Part shown: positions 15,501 to 25,075 of the stretch, one piece after another
Layout of the letters: each line of letters starts with the position of its first letter
Numbering within the stretch: the stretch's first letter is position 1
Virus record (IMG/VR): IMGVR_UViG_3300022562_000354
Span: 32,001-96,000 of that record
Strand: one strand, 5' to 3'
Source of the DNA: a virus
DNA length: 64,000 nucleotides
Notes under the pieces: model-generated
Told to the model about the DNA's origin: nothing
Database searches by the model: none
The model's input: only the letters and a program-made list of their open reading frames with translations
Translations under genes and position numbers: made by a program

Positions 15501-17213
15501 CTACTTTTCACGGAGCGCGAGAACAAGGTCCCGTAGCTCGCCTTCCCCACGGTCAAACTTGAGCGCCCCTACGGCCGCCTCTCCGATGACCTGGTCGATA
15601 AGCCCCTTCTTTTTCCTCAGTTTTTTCACGACCTTATGGTCGATAGTCTCGCGATCCTTACCCTTCTTACCGGGACGCTCTGCGATGAGGTGGATGGCGA
15701 GCACCTTCTGGTGAGGGCTGCCGATGCGGATCATGCGTCCGAGGAGCTGGACGTAGTTCCCCCAGGACCACGGGGAGTCGAAGAAGATCATCCCAACGGC
15801 CGCCTGGAGGTTGATGGCCTCGCTGCCGGCGTCGGTGATGAAGATGACCTTCACGTCGCTGTTGAGGTCTTGGAACTTGTCCTGAGCCTTCTTGCGGTCG
15901 GAGTCCTTGTTGATCTTCCCCGTGATGGCGACGCTCTTGATGCGCTCCGCCGTGAGGAGCTTCTGGAGCCTCCCTACGAGCTTCTCGAAGCGGGTGTAGA
16001 TGATGACCTTCTCGCCCTCAAACTCCTCTTTCAGAAGGTCGATGAGAGCCTGCTCCTTAGCGCTCTTGCCCTCGAAGTGCCCAACCCCGATGTCCCCCTC
16101 CTCGAACTTGAGGAGCCCGATCGAGTCGACGACCTCTTGCGTGTAGATGAGGCTCGTTAGCTCCTTCGTTTCCTTGTAGTCCCTCACGTCCCCGTCCCCA
16201 AATTCGAGGATGCCAGTGAGGGCCTCTTGGTACTTCTTGTCCTCCGCTGGGCTCAGCTCGCAAAGGACTTCGCGGGTCGTGAGGGAGGGTAGCTCGTCGC
16301 TAACCAAGTGCTTGGGTCTTCCGTAGAAGTAGGGGTCGATGGTCTCTCGAAAGTGGTTCAGGTTCTTGTACCCAACCACGATGGGGATCTTGGCGCCGCC
16401 CTTCACCCGCTGCATCTCGGTGACGCAGTAGACGTTGATGAAAGCGGTCTTGGACGAGAACGTACCCGGTCGGATGACTTGGTAGATTCCGAAGCCTTCC
16501 ATGAGGTTGTTCTTCAGGAGGGTCGCCGTCAGACCCCAACATCGGAACGAACGCTCCGAAAGAAACCTGCACGTCTGGTGCGTCTTCGTGCTCGGATTCT
16601 TGAAGGCGGTCGCCTCGTCGAAGATGGTGACGACCTTGGGGATCCGGTGAGTCAGAGCGTCCAGGTAGCCTCGGCCGGTCACCGCTTGCGTACCCGGCTT
16701 GGAGCCCGGCGCTGGGGGTGTCTTGGTGATGCCCTCGTCCCAGTCCTTGACCATCGAGTGGTAGTTCGTGATGAGGACCGAAGGACCCTCGCTCTTGAAC
16801 CATGCTTGGTAGGACTCTTTGCGTTGTTTTGGGGTGCCGGTCCCGATGTACGTCGTGATCCCGGTCGTGAACTTCTCGATCTCGCTGGCCCACTGGCGAA
16901 TGGCCGACTTGGGACAGACGACGATGACCTTGATCGAGGAGTCACGCTCCCAGAGATAGCAAAGGGCTCCGATGGCCTGGACGGTCTTGCCGAGTCCGGT
17001 GCCATCACCAAGGACCATCCGGTTGACCATGAGCAGGTGGAAAATCCCCTGGCACTGGTAGTACCGGAGCTTGAAAGGCTGCGGTGTCCCGTCGAGACCT
17101 ATGAACTCCTGACGAAACATCTTCGTCGGGTTCAAAGCCATGGTCTTGGAAGCTCGGACTTGCTTGAGCTGCTCGTAGACAGGGTTCGTTGTAACAGAGG
17201 CCGTCATGGTCAA
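15501..17213 (-). CDS. SNF2-family (SF2) helicase/translocase
   Basis: LRYYQ, LGDGTGLGKT, VVCPKS..QW..EI, IFDEA, LTATLLKNN, AINLQAA, QLLGRMIRIG. Confidence 0.94.
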   Translation of the reverse strand: MTMTASVTTNPVYEQLKQVRASKTMALNPTKMFRQEFIGLDGTPQPFKLRYYQCQGIFHLLMVNRMVLGDGTGLGKTVQAIGALCYLWERDSSIKVIVVCPKSAIRQWASEIEKFTTGITTYIGTGTPKQRKESYQAWFKSEGPSVLITNYHSMVKDWDEGITKTPPAPGSKPGTQAVTGRGYLDALTHRIPKVVTIFDEATAFKNPSTKTHQTCRFLSERSFRCWGLTATLLKNNLMEGFGIYQVIRPGTFSSKTAFINVYCVTEMQRVKGGAKIPIVVGYKNLNHFRETIDPYFYGRPKHLVSDELPSLTTREVLCELSPAEDKKYQEALTGILEFGDGDVRDYKETKELTSLIYTQEVVDSIGLLKFEEGDIGVGHFEGKSAKEQALIDLLKEEFEGEKVIIYTRFEKLVGRLQKLLTAERIKSVAITGKINKDSDRKKAQDKFQDLNSDVKVIFITDAGSEAINLQAAVGMIFFDSPWSWGNYVQLLGRMIRIGSPHQKVLAIHLIAERPGKKGKDRETIDHKVVKKLRKKKGLIDQVIGEAAVGALKFDRGEGELRDLVLALREK

Positions 17214-17746
17214 TCCCTGGTCCGCCAGAGGTCCGCCGAGATAGGTGGAAGCCGCTCGCCAGCCGCAATGGCTTCAAGCCGCTCAGCCTCCATTCTAGCC
17301 TCTATCTCCTGCATTCGCCTCAAGTCCTCTTCCGTGGGCTCAGGCTCCGCGAAGCGTCGGTCCTCATCGGCGAGTACCCGCTTCACGTGGTCGATGAAGG
17401 CTTGAGGGGGCTTGACGTTGTGGGCCTCGATGTAGTGAACGAACCCTTGCGGCCAAATGAAAGCCGCATCCCCTTGGCACGTAGAACCGTTGTGGGTGCC
17501 GCAAATACGGCAAGATGACCAACCACGCCATTGAATGAGGTCCGGCTGGTTCTTGACGTAGGACAGCACGATGGCCTTTTCTTCGGGATCCCAAGACGGG
17601 TCCACGAAGTCCCTTGGATCTGGAAGAAAGTCGTACCTCTTGTCATGGTACGACCCTTCTGCGGATCTCCAGTAGCCGAGCGCTTGACGACCCTGAGCTT
17701 CGCGGGGAGTGTTGGGGTGAGCGACGAACATGGAGGGAAGAGACAT
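17210..17746 (-). CDS. Hypothetical protein with CxxC
   Basis: 178 aa; WRGWSSCRICG...WPQGFVHYIEAHNVKPPQAF. Overlaps the SNF2 start. Confidence 0.8.
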   Translation of the reverse strand: MSLPSMFVAHPNTPREAQGRQALGYWRSAEGSYHDKRYDFLPDPRDFVDPSWDPEEKAIVLSYVKNQPDLIQWRGWSSCRICGTHNGSTCQGDAAFIWPQGFVHYIEAHNVKPPQAFIDHVKRVLADEDRRFAEPEPTEEDLRRMQEIEARMEAERLEAIAAGERLPPISADLWRTRD

Positions 17747-17757
17747 CCCTCGCTTAC

Positions 17758-17764
17758 TACACCG
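17758..17764 (-). promoter_or_regulatory. CGGTGTA motif at the late/replication module boundary
   Basis: Exact copy directly after the stop at 17765 and 11 nt before ATG 17746. Confidence 0.65.
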
Positions 17765-18376
17765 TCACCAGAAGGCGAAGTACAACCCAGCTTGGGGGTT
17801 GTGGAGGAGCGTCCACCACGAGAATGCGTAGCCACCGTACGCCCCGAAGTTCTTGGTGAGGTCTACCCCAACGCCAGCTCCGACCGAACGGAAGCCAGTC
17901 GCCACGTTCAGGTTGAACTGGCGGTAGTGAACGAAGTCCCAGAGGATGCCAACGTCCACGGCTTCTCCAGCCGTGTCCTGCTTGAAAGCATCGACGAAGA
18001 GGAAGCTCCCCGCGAACTTGGGTCGGAATCGGAAGCCCCAAACGGGAGGCTCTCGCTTGGCTACAGCTACATCGAGCTTCCCTTGAGCTTCGACTTCGTA
18101 GTTGCACCACGACATCTTCACGGTGTACGGACGTGGCTGCGCTCCCGAATAGTAGACGCGACCCTCTACGTCCGTGACGATGACAACCGGATCAAGCTGA
18201 AACTTCGGCTTTTCCGTCTGGAGGCACTTCTTCTCGCGGAGGACTTGGAGGAGGACTTCCATGTCCTCCTTGGGCACGCAGGTAGCTCCGTCAGGACAGG
18301 TCTCTTGGGCTTGCGCGTCCACGGGCAGCGTGAAGGGGGCGATCATCGACACGAGAAGAGCCCTCCAGCGCATCAC
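17765..18376 (-). CDS. Secreted protein with a C-terminal outer-membrane beta-barrel-like domain
   Basis: Signal peptide ending AQA, no lipobox, 4 Cys. Amphipathic strands VDVGILWDF, FNLNVATGF, VGAGVGVDL, FGAYGGYAF; aromatic C-terminus GLYFAFW. Confidence 0.7.
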   Translation of the reverse strand: MMRWRALLVSMIAPFTLPVDAQAQETCPDGATCVPKEDMEVLLQVLREKKCLQTEKPKFQLDPVVIVTDVEGRVYYSGAQPRPYTVKMSWCNYEVEAQGKLDVAVAKREPPVWGFRFRPKFAGSFLFVDAFKQDTAGEAVDVGILWDFVHYRQFNLNVATGFRSVGAGVGVDLTKNFGAYGGYAFSWWTLLHNPQAGLYFAFW

Positions 18377-18933
18377 CCACCGTACTTTGCAAGTAGGTCA
18401 TCAACCTTGGCGGCGGGGATGCCCGACTTGTCCTTGACCGTCACGATGTGGACATCCGGCTTGACCACGACGACTTGGTCCACGTCCTTGTTGGTGACCC
18501 CGTCAGGCAAGACGATCTCGGTAGGCTTGTCTTTGCCAGGCTCCGTGAAGACCACCTTCTTGGGGTCGGAGAAGAGCCCCGGCTCCGTGATGGGCACCAC
18601 GACCGCCTGAGTCATCCCCTTCGAGTCCGGGGTGCCTGGCTGGATGAGCTTTCCGTCTGGGCCAACACGGTCTGGATCGACCGTGTTGGCAACGTCTACG
18701 ACGGACCCTTCACCCTCCGGGTCCTTCTTCCCGAGGAGCTTCCCGATGAGCCCACCGATCTGAAGCTCCTTGAAGCCCATCGAAACGAGCACGATCGCCA
18801 CGATGACGAGCACCACCACGAGGATGGGACCGATCGCCTTCGAGGTGACCCACGAGAAGGACGACTTGATCGACTCCCAAGCACGGGAGCCCCAAGAGGG
18901 CTTCTCAGGGGCGGGAGCGGGGGACGGAGCCAT
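18373..18933 (-). CDS. Single-TM inner-membrane protein (i-spanin-like position)
   Basis: Start moved to ATG 18933 (GAGGA RBS, 2 nt after the holin stop). TM IGPILVVVLVIVAIVLVSMGF, then a soluble domain; ATGA overlap with the next gene. Confidence 0.7.
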   Translation of the reverse strand: MAPSPAPAPEKPSWGSRAWESIKSSFSWVTSKAIGPILVVVLVIVAIVLVSMGFKELQIGGLIGKLLGKKDPEGEGSVVDVANTVDPDRVGPDGKLIQPGTPDSKGMTQAVVVPITEPGLFSDPKKVVFTEPGKDKPTEIVLPDGVTNKDVDQVVVVKPDVHIVTVKDKSGIPAAKVDDLLAKYGG

Positions 18934-18935
18934 GC

Positions 18936-19418
18936 TCAGTCCTCGTTGCCAACCCCGCCGACCTTGGGCTCGTCCTTGGCCTCTTCCGCCTTGGGCTCTT
19001 CCTCTGCCACCGGGCCGGGGGGATCCGAGGTCATCGGAGGAATCGAGGGCGTCTCGACCTTCACTCCCTTCACGCCAACCTTCACCCCCTTCATGGGACC
19101 GCTCTGAACCCACGACCGAACACGGGCGTAGATCAAGGCGGAGAAAGCCCCGCAGATGGCTCCGTAGGCGATCCGACCCGAGAGCGAGCCATGAACCACG
19201 GCAGGCCACACAAAGGTCTTCATGACGACCCCGAGAATGGCGCCGTTGGCGATGGGGCCGATGGGGAGCCACACCTCTCGCCAGATCCGGTTCTGCTTGG
19301 CGTCCTTCCAGAAGCCCTCGACAACCTTACGGATTACGTAGGTCATCAAGTAGATGGCGAGGCAGAGAATGAGAGTCTGTGAATTGACGAAAGACTCTAC
19401 GATGTTGTCAAGGTCCAT
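18936..19418 (-). CDS. Holin-like membrane protein (about 3 TM segments)
   Basis: Hydrophobic segments LILCLAIYLMTYVI, VWLPIGPIANGAILGVVM, IAYGAICGAFSALIY; charged C-terminal tail; GAGGAGG RBS. Confidence 0.65.
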   Translation of the reverse strand: MDLDNIVESFVNSQTLILCLAIYLMTYVIRKVVEGFWKDAKQNRIWREVWLPIGPIANGAILGVVMKTFVWPAVVHGSLSGRIAYGAICGAFSALIYARVRSWVQSGPMKGVKVGVKGVKVETPSIPPMTSDPPGPVAEEEPKAEEAKDEPKVGGVGNED

Positions 19419-19442
19419 AAGACCCTCCTCAAGTGCCGAGCG

Positions 19443-19450
19443 TATAAAAA
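19443..19450 (-). promoter_or_regulatory. T-rich TTTTTATA element (candidate late promoter)
   Basis: AT-rich intergenic element about 25 nt upstream of ATG 19418. Confidence 0.45.
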
Positions 19451-19463
19451 CAAACCGGCGAAA

Positions 19464-19772
19464 CTACCCGGCCTTCACGTCTACCGAGAGGGTCTCTGCT
19501 AGCTCGACAGAGTGGTTTTGGGGCGTTCGAGCCGGTTGTGCAGGCGGAGCTGGCGGGGGAGGCGGGGCCTCGGGCTTCGGGCAGATGTCATCCACCTTCC
19601 CGGACTCCCACCGAGAGACCCAAGCCAGTCTCTCGTGGAGGTCTTTCCTCTGGGGCTCCGTAAGGTGCGGATTAGAGAGGAGGATGTGGAGTTGCTGCCT
19701 GGCTTGGGCCGCCCCCTTCGCTCGAATGTCCGCAGGGACCTCGTGAATGGTGATCCTACCCCTCGCCATCAC
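19464..19772 (-). CDS. Hypothetical protein
   Basis: 102 aa, overlaps the fibre-gene stop. Ends HSVELAETLSVDV, similar to the beta-strand repeats in 37974-39722. Confidence 0.7.
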   Translation of the reverse strand: MMARGRITIHEVPADIRAKGAAQARQQLHILLSNPHLTEPQRKDLHERLAWVSRWESGKVDDICPKPEAPPPPPAPPAQPARTPQNHSVELAETLSVDVKAG

Positions 19773-22700
19773 AAGCTCCCAGGCGGCAACTTGTTGGACA
19801 GCGTGATCGTGGCCGGGTCAACCTCGTACTTCACGTGGTTCATGACGAGAGGGTGGCCTTCGATGCGGTAAAGCTCGGCGGCTGAAACACCCTCGCCGGT
19901 CCCGTTCGTCCCGATGTACAGCGAGGACGAACGAGGAACGTTGGGTTCCAACGTGTGTGTCGTGGTCACGATCGCCATCATCAACTCATCACCAGCCGAA
20001 GCCTCGTTCCCACCCACGTTGGTAACCGAGTTGCGGACCAAGAAGGCGCGACCGACGATGACCCTGGACGAAGGGTTGATAACGTCGAGGTTGTCGTAGA
20101 CCGTGAAGACCTCACCGCCCGGCCGGTCCCCGCTAGCCGTGAAGGCCGACCCTCCTCGGAAGGTCCGGAAGTTGGTGAGGAGCGTGTAGTTGCCCGACTC
20201 CCCGTCCACTTGGACCATCACCTCACCCGCCTGACCCGACGAGAGCGAGGCAGGGAGGAGGTTGATCTCCTCTTGCTCCAAGAGCTTCGTCTTCGCCAAG
20301 CTCGTCGTACCGAAGCCCGCCCCTACCTTGTCGAGATAGGTGAGCGAAGCCTTGCTGACGTTGGTGAAGAAGCCTCCCCGGAAGTCCTTGTCCTTCCAGA
20401 AGCCACCGATGGGGAGTCGCTCCGAGCAACCGAGGTACTCAGGGTTGACCTCCGAAGCTGTCGCCCCGGTGAGAGCCCCCATGAGGATCCTTGGACGCGG
20501 ATCGATGCCGGTAACCGGGGGGTAAGCCCCTTGGTCCTCAAAGCCTACGTTTCGGATGTCGTAGGCGTTCGCAGGAACCACGTCCCCAGAGAGTCGGCCG
20601 GTCCCCAACGTCGTGATGAAGCCGACCGAGGCTAGGATCTCCAGAGCCTTTTGGTTCGGCCTGGTGAGGCTGGCTTCGTCGAGCTGTGCCGAGGCGAGTT
20701 GGTAGGCCGTCGTCGTTTGGAACGGACCGGGGCTGTACCCAAGGTCAAGGTACGTAGACTGGCTGCCCCACGGGTCGCCCATGTACGGCGTACGAGAGTA
20801 GTTGATGAGAGCCGTATCCGAGGCGCTCATCGGCCCCGGCAAGATCGACACGGGACCAAAGATGGCGACGTTCGTGTTCGTCGCCCGGACGCCCGTGTTG
20901 GCCTGCGTACGGTCTCGGGAGAGAATCAACCGGAAGGGTTTGTTGAGGTCGAACGACCCTCGGTCAAACCCGAACAGCGACGCCTCGATGACGTAGTGCT
21001 TCGACGAGAAGGTCGGGATCGGAACGGGAGACTTGCTGAGATCCAGAGCGTCCGCGTTGATGATGAACGTCGAGTCACCGTCGTCGTCGATCTCGATCCA
21101 GAAGGTCGGCCCCTTGAAGTTCTGCCGGAGCAAGTTGACCGCCCCGACACCCAGCGACTCACGGGTCGAGGCGTTGACCCCCGATCCGTTGGCCTTGTAG
21201 TCGCTGGCCTCGTACACGGCAAAGAGCCGGGCGATGCCGTAGAACGGCGGAAGCTCCAACCCTTGTCGACCAAGACCGCGAGAGTCCGTGAAGAACCGGG
21301 CGCCCGCGTGGGTGATACCGCCGAACGAGAACGTCGAGTTGTACGTCGCAGGAACGATGGTCAAACCGGAGAAGTTGCCGGTGGACATCGAGGCGTACGA
21401 GAGGGGGACGTTCGACGTGTAGTTGATGTACTGCTTGCAGTGGTCGGAGTCCGTGACCGACGTGTTCAAGCCTTCACGCGACTGAAGCATGAAGTTGAGT
21501 CCACGGTGGAACACCGTCCCGTTTTCAGGGAGAATGGGAGCGTGAACCGCACCCCAGCCGGGCACCAAGTGCCTTGGGAGGGTCACGTAGAAGTTCTTGC
21601 GCTCCGCATCGGAGTCCCCGGACCCGGAGAAGAGTCCAAGGGGGTCGACCGTTCCCCACTTGGCCGTCGTTCCGTCCAGCTTCTTCAAGGGCATGAGCCC
21701 TTGCGTGTGGTAGACGGAGTAGGTGATGTTCGTGTCGGTCGGGATGGGTCGATCGACGTCGATGGTTGTACCCGTGAAGCTCACGACTCGGTAGTGACCC
21801 TGAGCCACCCCACTTGGGATGTAGAGCAGGTCGTCTTCTACGATGCCCGCAGCGATGAAGCTGGCCGCACCGTCCGTGAACGTCGTGGACCCAACCGAAG
21901 ACCCCGTCGTACCCGTCGCGAACGAGGACGTGTAACGGTTCGTGTTGGACCCATCCTGAGTCCTGATGCCGGTTGGCGTCGCCGGGTAGGCGATACGACG
22001 GAACGGGGTGACGATGACCGTCTTGCTCCCCAAGTCCGCGTACGCCTCAGCCGTGACCGGGAGAAGACCCTTGAAAGTCTCGTTCCGGAACTTGCTCCAG
22101 AGAAGTGCCCACCCCGTACGCATCGGGAAGTTCGTAGAGGGCACCGCGCTCGGTTGAATCAGGAGGTCCGAGTTGGGGTTGAACAGGGTGATGTTGTGGA
22201 TCGAGTCCGGCCGCCTCGATAGACCACGCCCCGGCCCGTACTGGAGATGGGCCGTGATGTAGAGGGTCTGGGCGAAGGGGAAGGGTACACCCGCCCCCTT
22301 GAACTCGATCACGACGTCATCGACCGCATCCGGGTTGGACGGGGTGATGGAGTACCGATGGGGCGGGAGAGGCTCCTCGTACCCGTCGATCCGAATTTCA
22401 ATGGCCCCACGGCCCTTTCGGATGACGTACGTGCTCGTAGTGGCCGGAACGACTCGGTCTACAACGAGAGCATTTGCGTCAGTAACACTCTCGACGCGGT
22501 AGTCTCCCTTGGCGGCACCCGTGAAGATGACCAGCGTGTCACCCGGCTCTACCCCAGGAACGAGGAAGTCCACGGTGGAATCCGTGAACGTCGTAGACCC
22601 ATCAGAGATGCCGTTGGCACTCTCAGCGGGCACCTCGTTCAAGAAGCGGACTTGGTCGGCATCGGCGCCAGGGACCGTGTTCTTGAACTGAGAGACGGTG

Positions 22701-24334
22701 ACCTTGATGCGGTCACCAAGTCCATCCCCATCCGCCAGCTCAGTGTCCCACTGATTTGCGGCTCGCTGCCGCGTTGTGAGGGCGTTGATGCTGAGCGACC
22801 ACGAGGTACCGACCGGCTGTTGCGCCGGAATGACGACCGGGGCCGTGAACGGGGTGCAGAGGATCTCCACCTTCTGCTGGACCGCTGCATCGGAGAAGAC
22901 CATGCGGACGTTGTCGGGGGTATCGAGCCCCGTAACACCCAACCCGGCCGCCGAACTGCTGATCTTGTCCTCGTAGAAGACGATCGGACCTTGGGGGCCG
23001 ACACCTGAACGCTTCCAGTTGGACCTGAGCTGCCCCTTGAGGAGCTTGTCCAGGTTCGCCGACAGGAGCGTCTGGTAGTCGAAACCAGCCGGGTTGACGA
23101 TGTGCCGCAGGTCGAGAACGTCCGTGGCAGCGATCTGATCCGAGAAGAGCCCATCCGGACGGCCGGAGAGGATCTTGATGGTCGAGCCAGCCGCGTGAGC
23201 CTCGGCGATCGAGCCGTTTACCCCTCGTACGAGGCCCTGAACGGCGGTCCCGCTGATCGACGAGTACGTCATGTACTCGTCGTTGATCTGAATCAGGACC
23301 GGCGAGGCAGGAGCCAAGGGGAGGGCGATGTTGTCCGCTGAGATGAGAGCGAGGGCGGTCGAGCTTTCCGTGATGGAATTTAGAAGGGTCGGGACCGTAC
23401 TGAAGGTCTTGATCCCCGTCCTATCCGTCGCCGTTGGGTTACGGTTGAACGACCCGTTGAGATTCTGGCTGGGGTCACCGGCCCAAACGACCGAGTTGCG
23501 ACGGAACACGACGCAAAGGGGGATGGCGTACGAGTAACCATCCACGGTCCCAAGGTCGTTCGCCGTACCGTCACCAGCTCGCCAGAGACCGGGATCCCCC
23601 AATTCCTGACGCATGTTCGTGAACGTGTACGAGGTCGTAGCCGTAGCCGCCCCTTGAGCCTTCACGATCGTCGGGTCGAACCCGCTCGGGTACGTGGCAA
23701 GACCGATGAGGCCCTTCACGACTCGGATGCGATACTGGATCTGAACGCGCTGCGTCGTTTCGACCCCGATGGCCGGGTCTTGGATGTCGTCCGCGAGGAA
23801 GCTGAAACCACCCTCGACGTTGCCGTAGCGGTAGATGCCAGATGAGCTGGGCTTGTTGAGGCTGGAAGGCCCCGGTGGGATCCTCGCCTGCCAGACTTCG
23901 AGGAACACGAAGTCCGCTCGGAAGTCACCGCTGTTCGACGGGGGTGGGTCGAGTGCGATCTTGTTCCACGTGTCCGCGTTGTTTGGAGAGCCCGGAGGGG
24001 TGCCGGTCTTGGTGCCGGACACGGGGATGAGCCACCCGTTGACGTTGGCCCACATGATCGAACGGGTCTCACCCGTTCGTTGACGACCGAACTGGAACCA
24101 GTTTGACCAGATCGGGTTCGTGAGGAAGTCCTTGGACGGGTTGGTCTCGTTGCCGAGAAAGCCAGAAGGGCTCCCTCGGAGCACGAGCTGCTGGCGCCAG
24201 TCCTGCGAGAGCTGCTGTAGAAGGTTCAGCTCGCTGTCGAGCGGGGGCTTTCCTTGTTGCCACAAAACAAGCGAAAAGTTCGCTTGCTTCGGGTCCAAGA
24301 CCCGCGAAACCCCCGTGCCGAAGTTATCACCCAT
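19769..24334 (-). CDS. Large tail fibre/baseplate protein with a DUF6519/DUF4815-like N-terminus
   Basis: 1521 aa. VLWQQGKPPLDSELN, DFVFLEVWQ, DPAIGVETTQRVQIQYRIRV; paralogue of 34571-37210; two DFxxxGVxxGD modules. Confidence 0.75.
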   Translation of the reverse strand: MGDNFGTGVSRVLDPKQANFSLVLWQQGKPPLDSELNLLQQLSQDWRQQLVLRGSPSGFLGNETNPSKDFLTNPIWSNWFQFGRQRTGETRSIMWANVNGWLIPVSGTKTGTPPGSPNNADTWNKIALDPPPSNSGDFRADFVFLEVWQARIPPGPSSLNKPSSSGIYRYGNVEGGFSFLADDIQDPAIGVETTQRVQIQYRIRVVKGLIGLATYPSGFDPTIVKAQGAATATTSYTFTNMRQELGDPGLWRAGDGTANDLGTVDGYSYAIPLCVVFRRNSVVWAGDPSQNLNGSFNRNPTATDRTGIKTFSTVPTLLNSITESSTALALISADNIALPLAPASPVLIQINDEYMTYSSISGTAVQGLVRGVNGSIAEAHAAGSTIKILSGRPDGLFSDQIAATDVLDLRHIVNPAGFDYQTLLSANLDKLLKGQLRSNWKRSGVGPQGPIVFYEDKISSSAAGLGVTGLDTPDNVRMVFSDAAVQQKVEILCTPFTAPVVIPAQQPVGTSWSLSINALTTRQRAANQWDTELADGDGLGDRIKVTVSQFKNTVPGADADQVRFLNEVPAESANGISDGSTTFTDSTVDFLVPGVEPGDTLVIFTGAAKGDYRVESVTDANALVVDRVVPATTSTYVIRKGRGAIEIRIDGYEEPLPPHRYSITPSNPDAVDDVVIEFKGAGVPFPFAQTLYITAHLQYGPGRGLSRRPDSIHNITLFNPNSDLLIQPSAVPSTNFPMRTGWALLWSKFRNETFKGLLPVTAEAYADLGSKTVIVTPFRRIAYPATPTGIRTQDGSNTNRYTSSFATGTTGSSVGSTTFTDGAASFIAAGIVEDDLLYIPSGVAQGHYRVVSFTGTTIDVDRPIPTDTNITYSVYHTQGLMPLKKLDGTTAKWGTVDPLGLFSGSGDSDAERKNFYVTLPRHLVPGWGAVHAPILPENGTVFHRGLNFMLQSREGLNTSVTDSDHCKQYINYTSNVPLSYASMSTGNFSGLTIVPATYNSTFSFGGITHAGARFFTDSRGLGRQGLELPPFYGIARLFAVYEASDYKANGSGVNASTRESLGVGAVNLLRQNFKGPTFWIEIDDDGDSTFIINADALDLSKSPVPIPTFSSKHYVIEASLFGFDRGSFDLNKPFRLILSRDRTQANTGVRATNTNVAIFGPVSILPGPMSASDTALINYSRTPYMGDPWGSQSTYLDLGYSPGPFQTTTAYQLASAQLDEASLTRPNQKALEILASVGFITTLGTGRLSGDVVPANAYDIRNVGFEDQGAYPPVTGIDPRPRILMGALTGATASEVNPEYLGCSERLPIGGFWKDKDFRGGFFTNVSKASLTYLDKVGAGFGTTSLAKTKLLEQEEINLLPASLSSGQAGEVMVQVDGESGNYTLLTNFRTFRGGSAFTASGDRPGGEVFTVYDNLDVINPSSRVIVGRAFLVRNSVTNVGGNEASAGDELMMAIVTTTHTLEPNVPRSSSLYIGTNGTGEGVSAAELYRIEGHPLVMNHVKYEVDPATITLSNKLPPGSL

Positions 24335-24369
24335 TGGCGCTCATCTCCATCTCGTCTAGCCCTTGGGGT

Positions 24370-24378
24370 CTATCAAAA
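24370..24378 (-). promoter_or_regulatory. T-rich TTTTGATAG element (candidate late promoter)
   Basis: Intergenic, about 36 nt upstream of ATG 24334. Confidence 0.35.
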
Positions 24379-24388
24379 GAACCGGGGT

Positions 24389-25072
24389 TCAGAAGAGGAC
24401 CGCCCACGAGCCGATTAGGACCCGGTCAGGTACACCGCCTCCGTGAGCGGTCAGCCGTGTGAACCTCAAAACAACGCTGGTTCCACGACTGGGGATGGGA
24501 ACCGAGATGAGAGCCTTGTCGGTGGTGGCGACGAAAGAGCTACCTCCGTTGAAACTGACCTCGACGGAAACATCAACGTCGGGGGTCAGCTCCTTGTAGG
24601 AACGAACGTAGGCGGAGTCCTTGTCATCCGTATCGACGTACGTGAAAAGCTCGTACGTCAGGAGAGCCTGCGCAGGCCCCGGAGGGGCTCCGCCCCAGAT
24701 GATCGCCTCGGGCGTCGTGGTGAGCATGGGGGTATGAGGGGTTGGGTTCGAGAGGCTCGTGTGATAGAGCCCGATGGTCCCCTTGTCCCCAAGCGTGACG
24801 CCCGTGGTGAGAAGCTCGCTTGTATTGTCGACCCCGGTGGCGTCCAACATCGTATCGTAGACGACCTGCGTGAACGACCCGTACGTCCCAAGTATGCCTT
24901 GGTACTTCTTGGTGAGAAGGTTCGCGAGGCTCGTCGGGTTCTTGACGGACACGTCGTCGGGGATCCGAACAACGTAGTTGCCGGTGATGTCCGTCTGAGG
25001 GTTGACTCCCGTGGCGGCAACAACGCCGTTGATCTGGTCGTCGAAGTGACTGATGAGGTAGTGGGTCGACAT
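24389..25072 (-). CDS. Putative virion structural protein
   Basis: 227 aa, beta-rich, VEVSFNGGSSF Asp-box-like turn; within the tail module. Confidence 0.7.
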   Translation of the reverse strand: MSTHYLISHFDDQINGVVAATGVNPQTDITGNYVVRIPDDVSVKNPTSLANLLTKKYQGILGTYGSFTQVVYDTMLDATGVDNTSELLTTGVTLGDKGTIGLYHTSLSNPTPHTPMLTTTPEAIIWGGAPPGPAQALLTYELFTYVDTDDKDSAYVRSYKELTPDVDVSVEVSFNGGSSFVATTDKALISVPIPSRGTSVVLRFTRLTAHGGGVPDRVLIGSWAVLF

Positions 25073-25075
25073 AGC

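Noticed and set aside
18934-19272. N-terminal extension of the 299-aa ORF (likewise extensions to 2908, 7894, 11929 and 13238)
   Set aside because: They overlap upstream genes out of frame; internal starts with an RBS or stop/start overlap fit better.
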